This document shows positions 18,817 to 28,978 of a DNA stretch of 64,000 nucleotides, piece by piece (positions within the stretch are counted from its first letter, which is position 1; every line of letters starts with the position of its first letter). The notes below the pieces were generated by a model. That model saw only the letters and a list, made by a program, of their open reading frames with translations, ran no database searches and had not been told where the DNA came from. The stretch spans positions 32,001-96,000 of the IMG/VR virus record IMGVR_UViG_3300026546_000001, one strand, 5' to 3'. The position numbers were made by a program, and so were the translations under genes. The stretch comes from a virus. Its lineage: Duplodnaviria > Caudoviricetes.

Positions 18817-19281
18817 TTATAATGATATAATAAAAACAATCATATCCTTTAATTCTTCTGCTATTATATTTTGTATTATATTCCAATCACCACCAGCTAA
18901 ACCAGATCCAATTTTAGGTAATCCAATTTTTTTATGTGGATATTTAAAATTTATTTTTCTTAAACATAATCTTAATGCGTCATAATCAACATAACGAATA
19001 TTATTACGTCCATAATTATACTGAATATAACAATTAATAACTATAACTTTTTTACCATTAACACTATCAACGTTTGCATATGTATAATTACCTAATTTAT
19101 TATAATCACCTGGAATAGTTTTTAAATCTGCTTCATACACGCTAGGATATTCTTTAGATATTTGCGCAGCTAAACCAGATTTCATTTTACAAAAACAATT
19201 GCAACCATGTACAACAATATCAAACGTTCCGTATTTAATATGTGTAATTATATCTCCTTTTATATTTACCAAATTTCCCAT
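18817..19281 (-). CDS. Macrodomain ADP-ribose hydrolase (Poa1p/DarG-like)
   Basis: KGDI, VHGCNCFCKMKSGLA, PKIGSGLAGGDW. Confidence 0.9.
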   Translation of the reverse strand: MGNLVNIKGDIITHIKYGTFDIVVHGCNCFCKMKSGLAAQISKEYPSVYEADLKTIPGDYNKLGNYTYANVDSVNGKKVIVINCYIQYNYGRNNIRYVDYDALRLCLRKINFKYPHKKIGLPKIGSGLAGGDWNIIQNIIAEELKDMIVFIISL

Positions 19282-19469
19282 AAATAATTAACATTTTTAT
19301 AATTAAAACCAGATTTAAATTCATCAACCCACTTACCAATTAATATTCCAAATTCATATGGATAAACTAATATTAATAAAAAAACAATAATTAAAAATAT
19401 TATTAATAATATTTTAGGCCATTTTCGTTTATATGGTAACATTTCTGTAGATACTTTTATATTATTCAT
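19266..19469 (-). CDS. Small membrane protein
   Basis: Single hydrophobic helix. Confidence 0.5.
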   Translation of the reverse strand: MNNIKVSTEMLPYKRKWPKILLIIFLIIVFLLILVYPYEFGILIGKWVDEFKSGFNYKNVNYLWEIW

Positions 19470-21207
19470 TTTCTATAAAAAACAATTTTCTTTTACTTTT
19501 ATTTACATGTAAAACTTTAAGTTTTACAAAATCACCAATTTTATATTTTTTCTTACTATTTTTAAATTTAAGAACACCATTTATTAAATATTCACTACGT
19601 ATTTTATATTCATTATTTTTTATTGATATTATTTGTCCATTAACTTTAACATCATTATATTCCAAATATTTAAATGTTTGATAATAAAATAATTTATTTT
19701 CAATTTTACTAATTAATAGTTCTTTTGAATTTATATGTTTAATAATATTATTTTGTATTTTAATAGGTTTTTTATTATATAAAATAGCATTTAACATTCT
19801 ATGAACTAATATATCAGTGTATCGTCTTATTGGACTTGTAAAATGAGTATAATATGATCTGTTTAATGCAAAATGACCATTATCAGATAATGAATAATAT
19901 GCTTTTTGTTGAATACTTAATAAATAATAACTAATTAAATATTTATATTTTAAATCTTTTTCTAATAATAAATCATAAATTTCATTAAATGTATCTTCAT
20001 TTTTAAATTCATAACCTATTTTTTTAAGTTCTTCTTTTAAAATATTAAGTTTTTTATTATTAGGAGAATTATGAATTCGTAATAAATTATGTTCATAATA
20101 TTTTGATAAATGTGTCGCAATATATGTATTAGTTAAAATCATTAATTCTTCAATAATTTTTTCAGCATCGCCTTTTTCTTTTAATATTGGAACATATTTA
20201 TTATCATCGTCGAGTTCTAATTTTAATTTTGGTTCTAATATTTTTAATCTTTTATTTTTAACTATATTATCTACTATTGTTTTAATATTATTAAAATATT
20301 CAAAATCTTCATGGTTATCATCCTTTAATATTTTATTTACCTGATTATATGATAAATTTTGTATTACATTTATTGCTGATTTTTTAATTTCATAATCTAT
20401 AATATTATAATCTAAATTTATTTTAAATAATACGGATATAGTTAATTTTAATTCATTTTCCTTTAATGAACAAATACCATTACTTAATTTGTGTGGTAAC
20501 ATTGGAACTAAAGCATTAGGAAAATATAATGTAAAACTACGTCTGAACGCTTCTAGATCAACTAAACTATGTTCAGTTATAAATTCAGTGACATCAGAAA
20601 TATGTACGCCTAAAACGTATTCTGTACCATTAAATTCTAAAGATATTGCGTCATCAAAATCTCTACTATTTTTAGGATCAATAGTATAACACTTTAAATG
20701 AGTTAAATCTATTCTATGTTTTAAATGTTTTGTTGATATTTTAATATCTTCAATTTCATTTATGATATTTTCTGAAAATTTAAACGGTAAAAATTTTTTA
20801 AATATTTGACGTTCAGATTCATTAGATTTTGATAATATATTTACAATTTTACCATATGGTAATCGTTGACCTTCTTCCCACTTATAAAATTCTACTTCAA
20901 CAATATCACCATGTCTTGCACCATTCATTTGTTTATGATTTATAATAAAATCAGTATATGATTGTTGTCCTTTAGTTAATACAAATCCAGTTTTATTAAC
21001 ATATTCATATAATCCAACATATTTACATGTAGAACGATTTAATATTTTAGATACACGTGTTTTTCGTCTAACGACTGTAAGTTGCACTTTATCATTAAAT
21101 AAAGCACCATTTAAATTTTCATTTTTTATTTTATAACGTTTTCCTTCGTCAGATATTAATAATGACCATTTATCACTTATATATGTAATTGTTCCAATTA
21201 TTTGCAT
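19462..21207 (-). CDS. rnr: RNase R / RNase II family exoribonuclease
   Basis: Two cold-shock-like domains, TIDPKNSRDFDDAIS catalytic motif, IEELMI, YTHFTSPIRRYTD, C-terminal S1-like domain. Confidence 0.88.
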   Translation of the reverse strand: MQIIGTITYISDKWSLLISDEGKRYKIKNENLNGALFNDKVQLTVVRRKTRVSKILNRSTCKYVGLYEYVNKTGFVLTKGQQSYTDFIINHKQMNGARHGDIVEVEFYKWEEGQRLPYGKIVNILSKSNESERQIFKKFLPFKFSENIINEIEDIKISTKHLKHRIDLTHLKCYTIDPKNSRDFDDAISLEFNGTEYVLGVHISDVTEFITEHSLVDLEAFRRSFTLYFPNALVPMLPHKLSNGICSLKENELKLTISVLFKINLDYNIIDYEIKKSAINVIQNLSYNQVNKILKDDNHEDFEYFNNIKTIVDNIVKNKRLKILEPKLKLELDDDNKYVPILKEKGDAEKIIEELMILTNTYIATHLSKYYEHNLLRIHNSPNNKKLNILKEELKKIGYEFKNEDTFNEIYDLLLEKDLKYKYLISYYLLSIQQKAYYSLSDNGHFALNRSYYTHFTSPIRRYTDILVHRMLNAILYNKKPIKIQNNIIKHINSKELLISKIENKLFYYQTFKYLEYNDVKVNGQIISIKNNEYKIRSEYLINGVLKFKNSKKKYKIGDFVKLKVLHVNKSKRKLFFIENE

Positions 21208-21701
21208 TATAAATCTTCAATTGTATTTATATGTTCATTGTTATATGAAAATTGTTCCATTTTTTTAACAAATGTATTAAAATAATAATCACTATTATAA
21301 TTATATCTAAAAATATACAAACTAAATAATTTTTGTTTAAACATCTTAAAATCTACACTAGAAATTTTAATCATACGCCAAAATTTATTTTCAACATTTG
21401 AATTATTTTTATCATTATAATAATAAGGTAATATTACAATTGTACATACATAAAAACTTTTATCATAAAATAAATTAAATTTAGCAGTAACGTCATATTG
21501 TTTAATTAAATCATTTGAATACATTAATGGTTCTAATGATGCAATATGTGCATTTGGTTTTTCATCAACATTTTCAATTGTAAACCTAATTTCAAATCTA
21601 TTTTCATGTTCAAATGTAACATCAAAATAATTAAAATTAGTTCTATCATTTAATATATTATGTAATATCTCTATAATTTGTTCATCTAATTTATTATTCA
21701 T
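21207..21701 (-). CDS. Hypothetical protein
   Basis: Translationally coupled on both sides. Confidence 0.55.
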   Translation of the reverse strand: MNNKLDEQIIEILHNILNDRTNFNYFDVTFEHENRFEIRFTIENVDEKPNAHIASLEPLMYSNDLIKQYDVTAKFNLFYDKSFYVCTIVILPYYYNDKNNSNVENKFWRMIKISSVDFKMFKQKLFSLYIFRYNYNSDYYFNTFVKKMEQFSYNNEHINTIEDL

Positions 21702-23041
21702 AATTTTTCATTTAATTCATTTAAATCATCAATATACATTTGTTTTGGAACTAACTTTTTAATTTTATTTAATTCCTTAGTTTTTGTTTTAATTAAATTT
21801 TGTAATTCCGTGTATTTTTCATATGTTAAACTATTTATATTCATATTTAGTAAATAGTTATATGAATCTTGATACATTTCAATTTTTAATTTAACTAAAT
21901 CTTTTTCAATAACTAATCTTTTACGTTTTGTTACAATTAATTTACCATCTACAATAGCTTTAATAAATTTAGCTTTATTACTTAAAACAAATAAATCATG
22001 TTCTAATTTATCAATCATATATTGTTTTCGTAACTCATAAAAATTCAACCTAAAATCTACAAAATATTTTATAATATCTTCAGCTGATTCAAATATTTTT
22101 AATTTACCATTTTCATCTAATGTATTATAATCTTCAGTATATGATTCTGATAACTTAAATAATTTAATAATATCTTCTTCTGTCAATGATCTTAATGTTT
22201 GTCTATTAAATTTTATAACATACTCTATATAATCTTTTGAATTATCATCATAAGATACTATTGTTTTATTTGTTACTAAATTTTCTAATATATTTTCAAA
22301 TTTTTCAAATGTCATTGATGGTGACAATTCAGTTATTTTTAATGTTGTAGTATTAACTTTTTCAAATGTTCCAGCAGCGACCCACTTTTTTGGATTATTT
22401 TTATCCTTAATAAATTTACCATTAAAAAACTTCATCTTAGGTTTAATTGTTCTAAGTGGTTTATCGTTTAAATAATTTAAGCATTGTTTTATTACATCTT
22501 TTGGATCTCTTAATAAAATATTTGCCGCATATCCAACTGCTATACCTTTTGATCCATTTACAAGTATCATAGGAATTATAGGAAGAAAATATTTAGGTTC
22601 AATTTTAGTTCCTTCTTCTTCTTTTAATTCTAATAATTCAAAATCTTTATAAACTAATCTAAAATTTTTATGAAGTTTTGTTGAAATATATCTTGGAGCT
22701 CCTGCATCTGGTGCTCGTAATGATCCAAATTGACCAATTTCTTCTAATAGCGGTAAGTTATTTTTAAAATGTTGAGCCATGTTTATAATAGCTGAATACA
22801 ACCCAGCATCACCATGGTGATAGTATACATCATGCGCTATTTTACCTCCCAATTGAAAAATTTTCATTGGTTTTTCATTTCCAGTTTTCCAAATTTTGCT
22901 AGCTACATGTATTATTTTACGTTGTGTTGGTTTTAATCCATCTATAACACTTGATAGTGCTCGTGACTCAATAACATACATTGCATAATTTGTATATTCA
23001 TTATTTAAATATTCGCTTATAGTTCTAGTTTTTCCTATCAT
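21698..23041 (-). CDS. Type IIA topoisomerase, DNA-cleavage subunit (T4 gp52-like)
   Basis: DGLKPTQRK, YHHGD, GQFGS, APRYI (catalytic Tyr), LVNGSKGIAVG. Confidence 0.95.
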   Translation of the reverse strand: MIGKTRTISEYLNNEYTNYAMYVIESRALSSVIDGLKPTQRKIIHVASKIWKTGNEKPMKIFQLGGKIAHDVYYHHGDAGLYSAIINMAQHFKNNLPLLEEIGQFGSLRAPDAGAPRYISTKLHKNFRLVYKDFELLELKEEEGTKIEPKYFLPIIPMILVNGSKGIAVGYAANILLRDPKDVIKQCLNYLNDKPLRTIKPKMKFFNGKFIKDKNNPKKWVAAGTFEKVNTTTLKITELSPSMTFEKFENILENLVTNKTIVSYDDNSKDYIEYVIKFNRQTLRSLTEEDIIKLFKLSESYTEDYNTLDENGKLKIFESAEDIIKYFVDFRLNFYELRKQYMIDKLEHDLFVLSNKAKFIKAIVDGKLIVTKRKRLVIEKDLVKLKIEMYQDSYNYLLNMNINSLTYEKYTELQNLIKTKTKELNKIKKLVPKQMYIDDLNELNEKL

Positions 23042-23742
23042 GTTGTTAATACATTTATCATTTTTTTACTATATGCTTCTTCTAAGTCAGTAATATTTTT
23101 AATAGTATATTCTGAATTATATAACATTGGTATTATATGTATTTTATATTCATTAAAATCATTAAAGTTTATATTTTGTCTTAATGAACCATTAATGTAT
23201 TTTGGATACCACGTATTTTCAGTATATAATTTTGAATAATCATAAATAAAAAGTCTTGTTGCTCTATTACTAGGAACAAACACGTCTTTTATTTTAGTAT
23301 GTTCTGTTCTAACTAAAATTTTTTCTTTATCAAATATAATATATTCATTAACTTTTATATTTTCAGGATTAAATATTAAATACATTCCAACTTTTTTAAA
23401 ATTAATATTTTTATTTATTTTAAGTTTTTTAACTACTGCATGATATGAATTTAAAATTTGTCCAAGATGATGAAATATTAAAATATTTTTATCTTTAACA
23501 ATATAAAATCTACCAATTGATATTTCTTTTTTATTAATACGCGTTCTTAATGTTCTTGGATGTGTTCTATAATCAGAAAAAATCAGTCTTTTATTTTTAA
23601 TATTATCATTTATACCATCTTCAATATTTGATTCTAATATATCATAAGAATATAAATAATATTTAGATGACCGTCTTTTTTTATAATCCTCACGAGCTGC
23701 TTCAAGTATAATGTTACTAACTAAATCAATTAATTCGTTCAT
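23038..23742 (-). CDS. Hypothetical protein, paralogue of 23744..24460
   Basis: Shares VPSNR.TR.F, YP..IN.S, IPMLYN and I.D.EE.YS with its neighbour. Confidence 0.7.
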   Translation of the reverse strand: MNELIDLVSNIILEAAREDYKKRRSSKYYLYSYDILESNIEDGINDNIKNKRLIFSDYRTHPRTLRTRINKKEISIGRFYIVKDKNILIFHHLGQILNSYHAVVKKLKINKNINFKKVGMYLIFNPENIKVNEYIIFDKEKILVRTEHTKIKDVFVPSNRATRLFIYDYSKLYTENTWYPKYINGSLRQNINFNDFNEYKIHIIPMLYNSEYTIKNITDLEEAYSKKMINVLTT

Positions 23743-23743
23743 A

Positions 23744-24460
23744 TTATGATGTTAAATTTTTTACTAATAATTGAGAATAATGTTCTTCTACATCCTTTAT
23801 TGTTTTATGTTGTGGTTGTATGTTATATAACATTGGTATTAAATCTAAATTATGTTGTATTATATTATTTTTTATCATTTCTGAATAAACACTTTCATTT
23901 ATTATTATAGGATAACGATGAGATTCTGCATACAAATAGTTGTAAGATAATACAAATATTCTAGTAGATCTATTACTTGGAACATACATTGTTTTTATTT
24001 GTGTATATGGTGACTTTATAACATATCGTTTATTTGAAAGTTCTACAGGTTTATTAATTTTTATTGAATTTTTTTCTTTTTCAAATATTATAAATGGCCC
24101 AGCATGTTTATGATCATATGATGAATCATTAATAAATCTTTTTATTGCAACATACATTGAAAAATCAGGATAAATATGATTATATACTAAAATTTCTTTA
24201 TATAAATAAAAAATACCAATAGTCATATTTTTTTTATATTTATACATTGCATTTATTGCAGAATTTAATTTATAAAAATCTGCTTTTATTTCATATCGTT
24301 TATAATATTTAAATTCAATTGGATTAATGTCTCTAATTATTTTGCAATATCTATGAACATTTTGTTCCTGCATTTTATGTGTAATTGCAAGTTCAATTAT
24401 TATATTTAATTCGTCCATTAAATCTTCTAAATTAAAGTCATTAACAAAACCTAAATTCAT
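23744..24460 (-). CDS. Hypothetical protein, paralogue of 23038..23742
   Basis: Same shared motifs. Confidence 0.7.
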   Translation of the reverse strand: MNLGFVNDFNLEDLMDELNIIIELAITHKMQEQNVHRYCKIIRDINPIEFKYYKRYEIKADFYKLNSAINAMYKYKKNMTIGIFYLYKEILVYNHIYPDFSMYVAIKRFINDSSYDHKHAGPFIIFEKEKNSIKINKPVELSNKRYVIKSPYTQIKTMYVPSNRSTRIFVLSYNYLYAESHRYPIIINESVYSEMIKNNIIQHNLDLIPMLYNIQPQHKTIKDVEEHYSQLLVKNLTS

Positions 24461-26316
24461 GTTAATAATTTTTCCTTTCTTAATTTACTATTATTGCCAA
24501 ACCAACATGATAAATTTTCTTTAGTGTCATTGTCAATTTTTATTTCAACTGCATATGGATTTCTAATCATGTCTTTATATTCAACATCTTCCAAACTTGC
24601 TAAACCTTTTTTATATTCTAAATTCCATTTACTTAAATCTGTTTTCTGTGCCCACTTTTCAAAATCATGCTCATTATAAAAATATTTAACTCTTTTACCA
24701 TTTTTTGCAACCATTAATGGCGTATAAACTTTATAAATTCTTTTTTGTTCAAATAATTCAGGCCAAAATTTATAAAAGAAATTTATTAATAACGCTGAAA
24801 TAGCATCACCATCAACATCTGCGTCAGCTGTAATATAAATCTTTTTATATCTTAATTCTTCTTCATTTACTTCTTGTCCAATATGCAATCCTATAGATGC
24901 TATTAAATTTTTTGCTTCTTCATTTTCAATAACTTTAGAAGCTTTTATTTCTGATACATTTATAAATTTTCCTTTAAGTGGAAATGCACCTTGCGTTTGA
25001 GGATCTCTAAATTTTCTAAAACTTGATAATGCAGATAATCCTTCAAATATAAATAATTCTTTATCAGTGTTTTTAGTAGATTTAGCATCAATTAATTTTG
25101 CAACTTTAATCTTTTTTAATTTCTTACTTTGTCTATTTAATTCTTGTAATTCTCTTGCTTCAATCCAATCTATAATTGTTTGACAAATATCAGATTTTAC
25201 AATTTTTTTAATAAATTGATCTTTAAATTCTAAATCTAATATTTCTTTTGTTATTGTTGTTGTTAAATATTCCTTTGTCTGTGTGTCAAATGTTGGATTT
25301 GGAACTTTAGCAATTACAAATAGAAATAAATTACTTTTTACATTATTCCAAGTAAATTTTAATTTTTTATGTTTTTTAGCTAATTGTTCATATACAATTT
25401 TTGATAATTCCATTGATATTTTGTTAATATGCGTTCCACCTCTATGAGTTGAAATACCATTAACAACACTAATTTGATCAAAAATTGAATCACTTGATTT
25501 AGCAACACCAATTTCCCAATTTTTATCTAATTTATCATAATAAAAATCAGTTTCATCTTCTAAATGCATTGTCATCCAATCTTTAATACTTTTAATTGGA
25601 ATAACTTTACCATTATAACTAACTTGAACTGCTGGACAATAAGCAGCAACATCTATTATACGTTTCAATAATATTGATAATGTATCATCATCTAATTCTG
25701 TCATTTCAAATTTTTCCCAATCAGGCCAATACTTAACTTTTGTATAATTTCTATTTGTTTCAGATATACTTGGACGACCTTTTTTACGAGGATGCATATT
25801 TTGTTGAAATGATTGTCTATATTTATGAATACCATCTGCTGTTTCAACAATAAATTTAGTAGAAAATATATTTGTTAATTTTGCTCCTAATCCATTTCGT
25901 CCTCCACCAAAACGAACTTCATCATCATTAAAATTTGATCCAGCTAATAAATGACCAAATATCAATTCTGGTATATAAACACGTTCTTTTTTATGTTTTT
26001 TAATTGGAATACCTTGACCGTCATTATATACTTCAAATTTTTCACCATCAAACGTAATCTTAATTTTTTTAACAGACTTAGTTCTCCAATAATGATCAGA
26101 TGCATTTGTTAATATTTCATCAAATATCTTAATAAATGCTGGTGTATATTTAACAGATTTTTTAACAATTTTAATATTATTAAGATCACGTGGATTTTCT
26201 AAAACCCACATATCTGTTATAATTGGTTTAACACTTCCAACATATGTATCAGGTCTTTTTAAAACGTGTTCTCGTTGAGTTAATTTTTGATATGTTTGTT
26301 CTAATGTACTTGGCAC
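24457..26316 (-). CDS. Type IIA topoisomerase ATPase + TOPRIM subunit (gp39+gp60 fused), GTG start
   Basis: EHVLKRPDTYVGS, EILTNASD, GGRNGLGAKLTN, FEGLSA, PLKGK, DADVDG, YKKGL. Confidence 0.95.
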   Translation of the reverse strand: MPSTLEQTYQKLTQREHVLKRPDTYVGSVKPIITDMWVLENPRDLNNIKIVKKSVKYTPAFIKIFDEILTNASDHYWRTKSVKKIKITFDGEKFEVYNDGQGIPIKKHKKERVYIPELIFGHLLAGSNFNDDEVRFGGGRNGLGAKLTNIFSTKFIVETADGIHKYRQSFQQNMHPRKKGRPSISETNRNYTKVKYWPDWEKFEMTELDDDTLSILLKRIIDVAAYCPAVQVSYNGKVIPIKSIKDWMTMHLEDETDFYYDKLDKNWEIGVAKSSDSIFDQISVVNGISTHRGGTHINKISMELSKIVYEQLAKKHKKLKFTWNNVKSNLFLFVIAKVPNPTFDTQTKEYLTTTITKEILDLEFKDQFIKKIVKSDICQTIIDWIEARELQELNRQSKKLKKIKVAKLIDAKSTKNTDKELFIFEGLSALSSFRKFRDPQTQGAFPLKGKFINVSEIKASKVIENEEAKNLIASIGLHIGQEVNEEELRYKKIYITADADVDGDAISALLINFFYKFWPELFEQKRIYKVYTPLMVAKNGKRVKYFYNEHDFEKWAQKTDLSKWNLEYKKGLASLEDVEYKDMIRNPYAVEIKIDNDTKENLSCWFGNNSKLRKEKLLT

Positions 26317-26402
26317 TATATTAATATTATTTTTTCAGTTTTTATATATAAACTAAAAATTAAAATAGTTTTAAAACATCTATTTTAACTTTACTTAATA
26401 AA

Positions 26403-26729
26403 ATGAAAAATATTAAATCTTTTAATGAATATATTAATCGTTCATATGTTTGGGAACCAATAAGAATACCTTCTGAAGAACGATATATGCCTGATGATGA
26501 AAATAAAAAATTATATCAAAAATCTGTTATTGAAGAAATATCAGAAATATTAAAAACTGTATATGAATTATCAGATAAAGAAATAATTAAAATTCAAAAA
26601 GATATATGGTCAAAATATTTTAAAGATTGGAAACATATTTTAGTTGATAGTATGGTAAATTGGGATACACCATCTCAATGTGCTCAAAAAATTATTAACG
26701 TTATAAAAACAAATTTTAATTTAACATGA
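26403..26729 (+). CDS. Hypothetical protein with CTS-like leader
   Basis: N-terminus MKNIKSFNEYIN. Confidence 0.6.
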   Translation: MKNIKSFNEYINRSYVWEPIRIPSEERYMPDDENKKLYQKSVIEEISEILKTVYELSDKEIIKIQKDIWSKYFKDWKHILVDSMVNWDTPSQCAQKIINVIKTNFNLT

Positions 26730-27694
26730 AACATTTAGATAAACTTAATGATTATGTAAATAAAAACAATATAAGTTATACAAGTAGTTATGCTATATAT
26801 GATGAAAAAAATATTAAAAATACACTTGAAAGTATATTTGAAGAATTAGCTAAAAAAAATGGTTATAAATATACAAGTTGTCCAAGTTATTCAGCACTTG
26901 TAAAAGATAATGAAGATTTAGATTATGATTTTGAATTTATTAAAAATAAATTAGAAGAGAAAAATTATAATTTAAATGATTTAAAAAATTATTTAGATAA
27001 AAACATAAAATTAAAAATTAAATTATCTGAATCTTGTGGTTATGCTGATTTACTGCTTTATAAATTATATGATGATCCAGATTATTTATATGGAATGAAT
27101 ATTGTTTATGATTTAATGGAATTTGATGATGAAGATGACAATAATGATAATACATTAAAATTAAAATATGAATATGGATGGCATACAAATAAATATGGAC
27201 AATTAGTGTTAAAACGAGATTTTGGATCTGTTGAAAATTTCATTAAAGAATATAAAGAAAAAGTATTACATGAAAATGAAGAAGTAAATAATGATCTTAT
27301 TACAAAATCTACATCAAATATTAAAATTCAATTTCATAATGAATACTATGATTCATTTAATAATATTCCACTTGAAACTTTAAATATTAATGAAATTTTA
27401 AATATTGTACAAAATTATAACAACAATAATATTAAAGAAATTGATATTTATATAGAAGGTTCAAAAAGTGTTGTAATTGAAATTGAAGATGTATCAAATC
27501 ATCTTGTTACGCTTGAATATTATAATAATCAATATAGTAATAAATATTTTAATATCTGTAATCAAAGCGCATCAGAAAAAACAAAAACAATATTAAAAAC
27601 TAAATATAATAATTATTCTTCACAAACAACAAAATTATTAAAATTTTTACTCGACAATTACGAACATTTTACATATATAAATTGTGATGAGTAA
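26726..27694 (+). CDS. Hypothetical protein
   Basis: 322-aa ORF, N-terminus MKHLDKLNDY. Confidence 0.6.
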   Translation: MKHLDKLNDYVNKNNISYTSSYAIYDEKNIKNTLESIFEELAKKNGYKYTSCPSYSALVKDNEDLDYDFEFIKNKLEEKNYNLNDLKNYLDKNIKLKIKLSESCGYADLLLYKLYDDPDYLYGMNIVYDLMEFDDEDDNNDNTLKLKYEYGWHTNKYGQLVLKRDFGSVENFIKEYKEKVLHENEEVNNDLITKSTSNIKIQFHNEYYDSFNNIPLETLNINEILNIVQNYNNNNIKEIDIYIEGSKSVVIEIEDVSNHLVTLEYYNNQYSNKYFNICNQSASEKTKTILKTKYNNYSSQTTKLLKFLLDNYEHFTYINCDE

Positions 27695-28682
27695 TTATTC
27701 AAAATCAGATATAAATTTTATACTTTATAATAATCGAAGTATTAATGGAACTGTTAAAAATTTTCTAAATGAATTTAATTTTAATGGATTATATATTACT
27801 GCATTAGATGATATGCTAAGTAAGTATAAAAAAAAATGGAAAAAATGGAAAACTACTATAATAGAAACAACAAATTTAAATTTAAAATCTAATGATATAA
27901 TAGTAACTCCAAATGATATTAAAAAATTAACACCAAACATATTAAAATCTAATACTGAATTATTAAACAATTTAAAATATAATTTTGAATTAAATTGGAT
28001 ATTAAATAGAGGATTTACAATAGATATTATCAAAAAATGGCAATTAGGAAGTTTACAATATTTACTTGGTACATGCTCTAAACGAGAATTAGAAATATTA
28101 GGTATAACAACACATCCATTACTAACAAATTTACTAAATACTGATATAAGTGGAGGAGGAATTGTTATACCATATTTTAAAAATAACAAATTATTAAATT
28201 GTACAGTAAGACGTATATCAGATACAGGAAAATTAAAATATACACAAGCAATTCCTGATATTTCAATATATGGTTTATGTAAATGTAAAAATTATAATAC
28301 AATTTATATTACTGAAGGTATATTTGATGCTATTGCGTTACATAAACAAGGTAAGTGTGCTGTAAGTGTTAGTAGTGCAGTATGGAGTAGCTTAGAATTA
28401 TATCAATTATTAGAAACAGATGTTAAAAACATTATAATTTTTTCAGATAATGATAAAGTCGGTTTGTCAAGCGCTGCAATATTATATGATTTATTATCAT
28501 TTTTTGATATAAATATATCAGTTATAACAAGTAATAAATGTAAAGATGCATGTGATCATTTTCTAACAAATAATTACACATTTAATGATATTTCTGAAAT
28601 TAAAATAACTGATAATTTAATAAATTCTAAGGAAGAAGTTAAATTTGACTTAGTTGAATATCTTCAAAATAGACAATTTTAA
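27684..28682 (+). CDS. TOPRIM-domain DnaG-like primase without a zinc-binding domain
   Basis: IVIPY...R, YITEGIFDAIAL, IFSDNDKVG, KD..D. Confidence 0.75.
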   Translation: MMSNYSKSDINFILYNNRSINGTVKNFLNEFNFNGLYITALDDMLSKYKKKWKKWKTTIIETTNLNLKSNDIIVTPNDIKKLTPNILKSNTELLNNLKYNFELNWILNRGFTIDIIKKWQLGSLQYLLGTCSKRELEILGITTHPLLTNLLNTDISGGGIVIPYFKNNKLLNCTVRRISDTGKLKYTQAIPDISIYGLCKCKNYNTIYITEGIFDAIALHKQGKCAVSVSSAVWSSLELYQLLETDVKNIIIFSDNDKVGLSSAAILYDLLSFFDINISVITSNKCKDACDHFLTNNYTFNDISEIKITDNLINSKEEVKFDLVEYLQNRQF

Positions 28683-28978
28683 ATAAAATATTATTATATT
28701 AAATTAAAATAAAAAGTTTAATTCACAAAATTCAAGCTATTTTAAAAATTAAATAGAAAAACATATTTATAATGTATTAAAATGAAAAGTTTAATTTTAA
28801 ATGTTAAAATATGTTAAAATATGCTCTATAACATTTTTTGCTCCAGAAAAATATACAAGATTATGATATATATTATTATTAATTTTGTGGGTATCTTAAT
28901 TTTTTTTGTTTTTTTTTTAATTTTTTTGAACTTTTAAAGAATTTTTGTTAAATTTTAAAAGAATTTATTAATTTTAAA
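28683..28978. other. Longest gap with no gene or RNA call; short direct repeats and an A-rich to T-rich switch (origin candidate)
   Basis: TTAAAAT[A/G]AAAAGTTTAATT x2, ATGTTAAAAT x2, TTTTAAA(A)GAATTT x2. Confidence 0.4.

Noticed and set aside
21207-21701. C-terminus HINTIEDL as a seventh member of the INDLY-tag family
   Set aside because: It lacks the upstream YDLNN block and the MTKxIW start; the match is too short to support in AT-rich sequence.
21698-26316. Introns or inteins in the topoisomerase genes (also checked for helicase, recombinase and thyA)
   Set aside because: All are uninterrupted and of normal length, with no intein terminal motifs.
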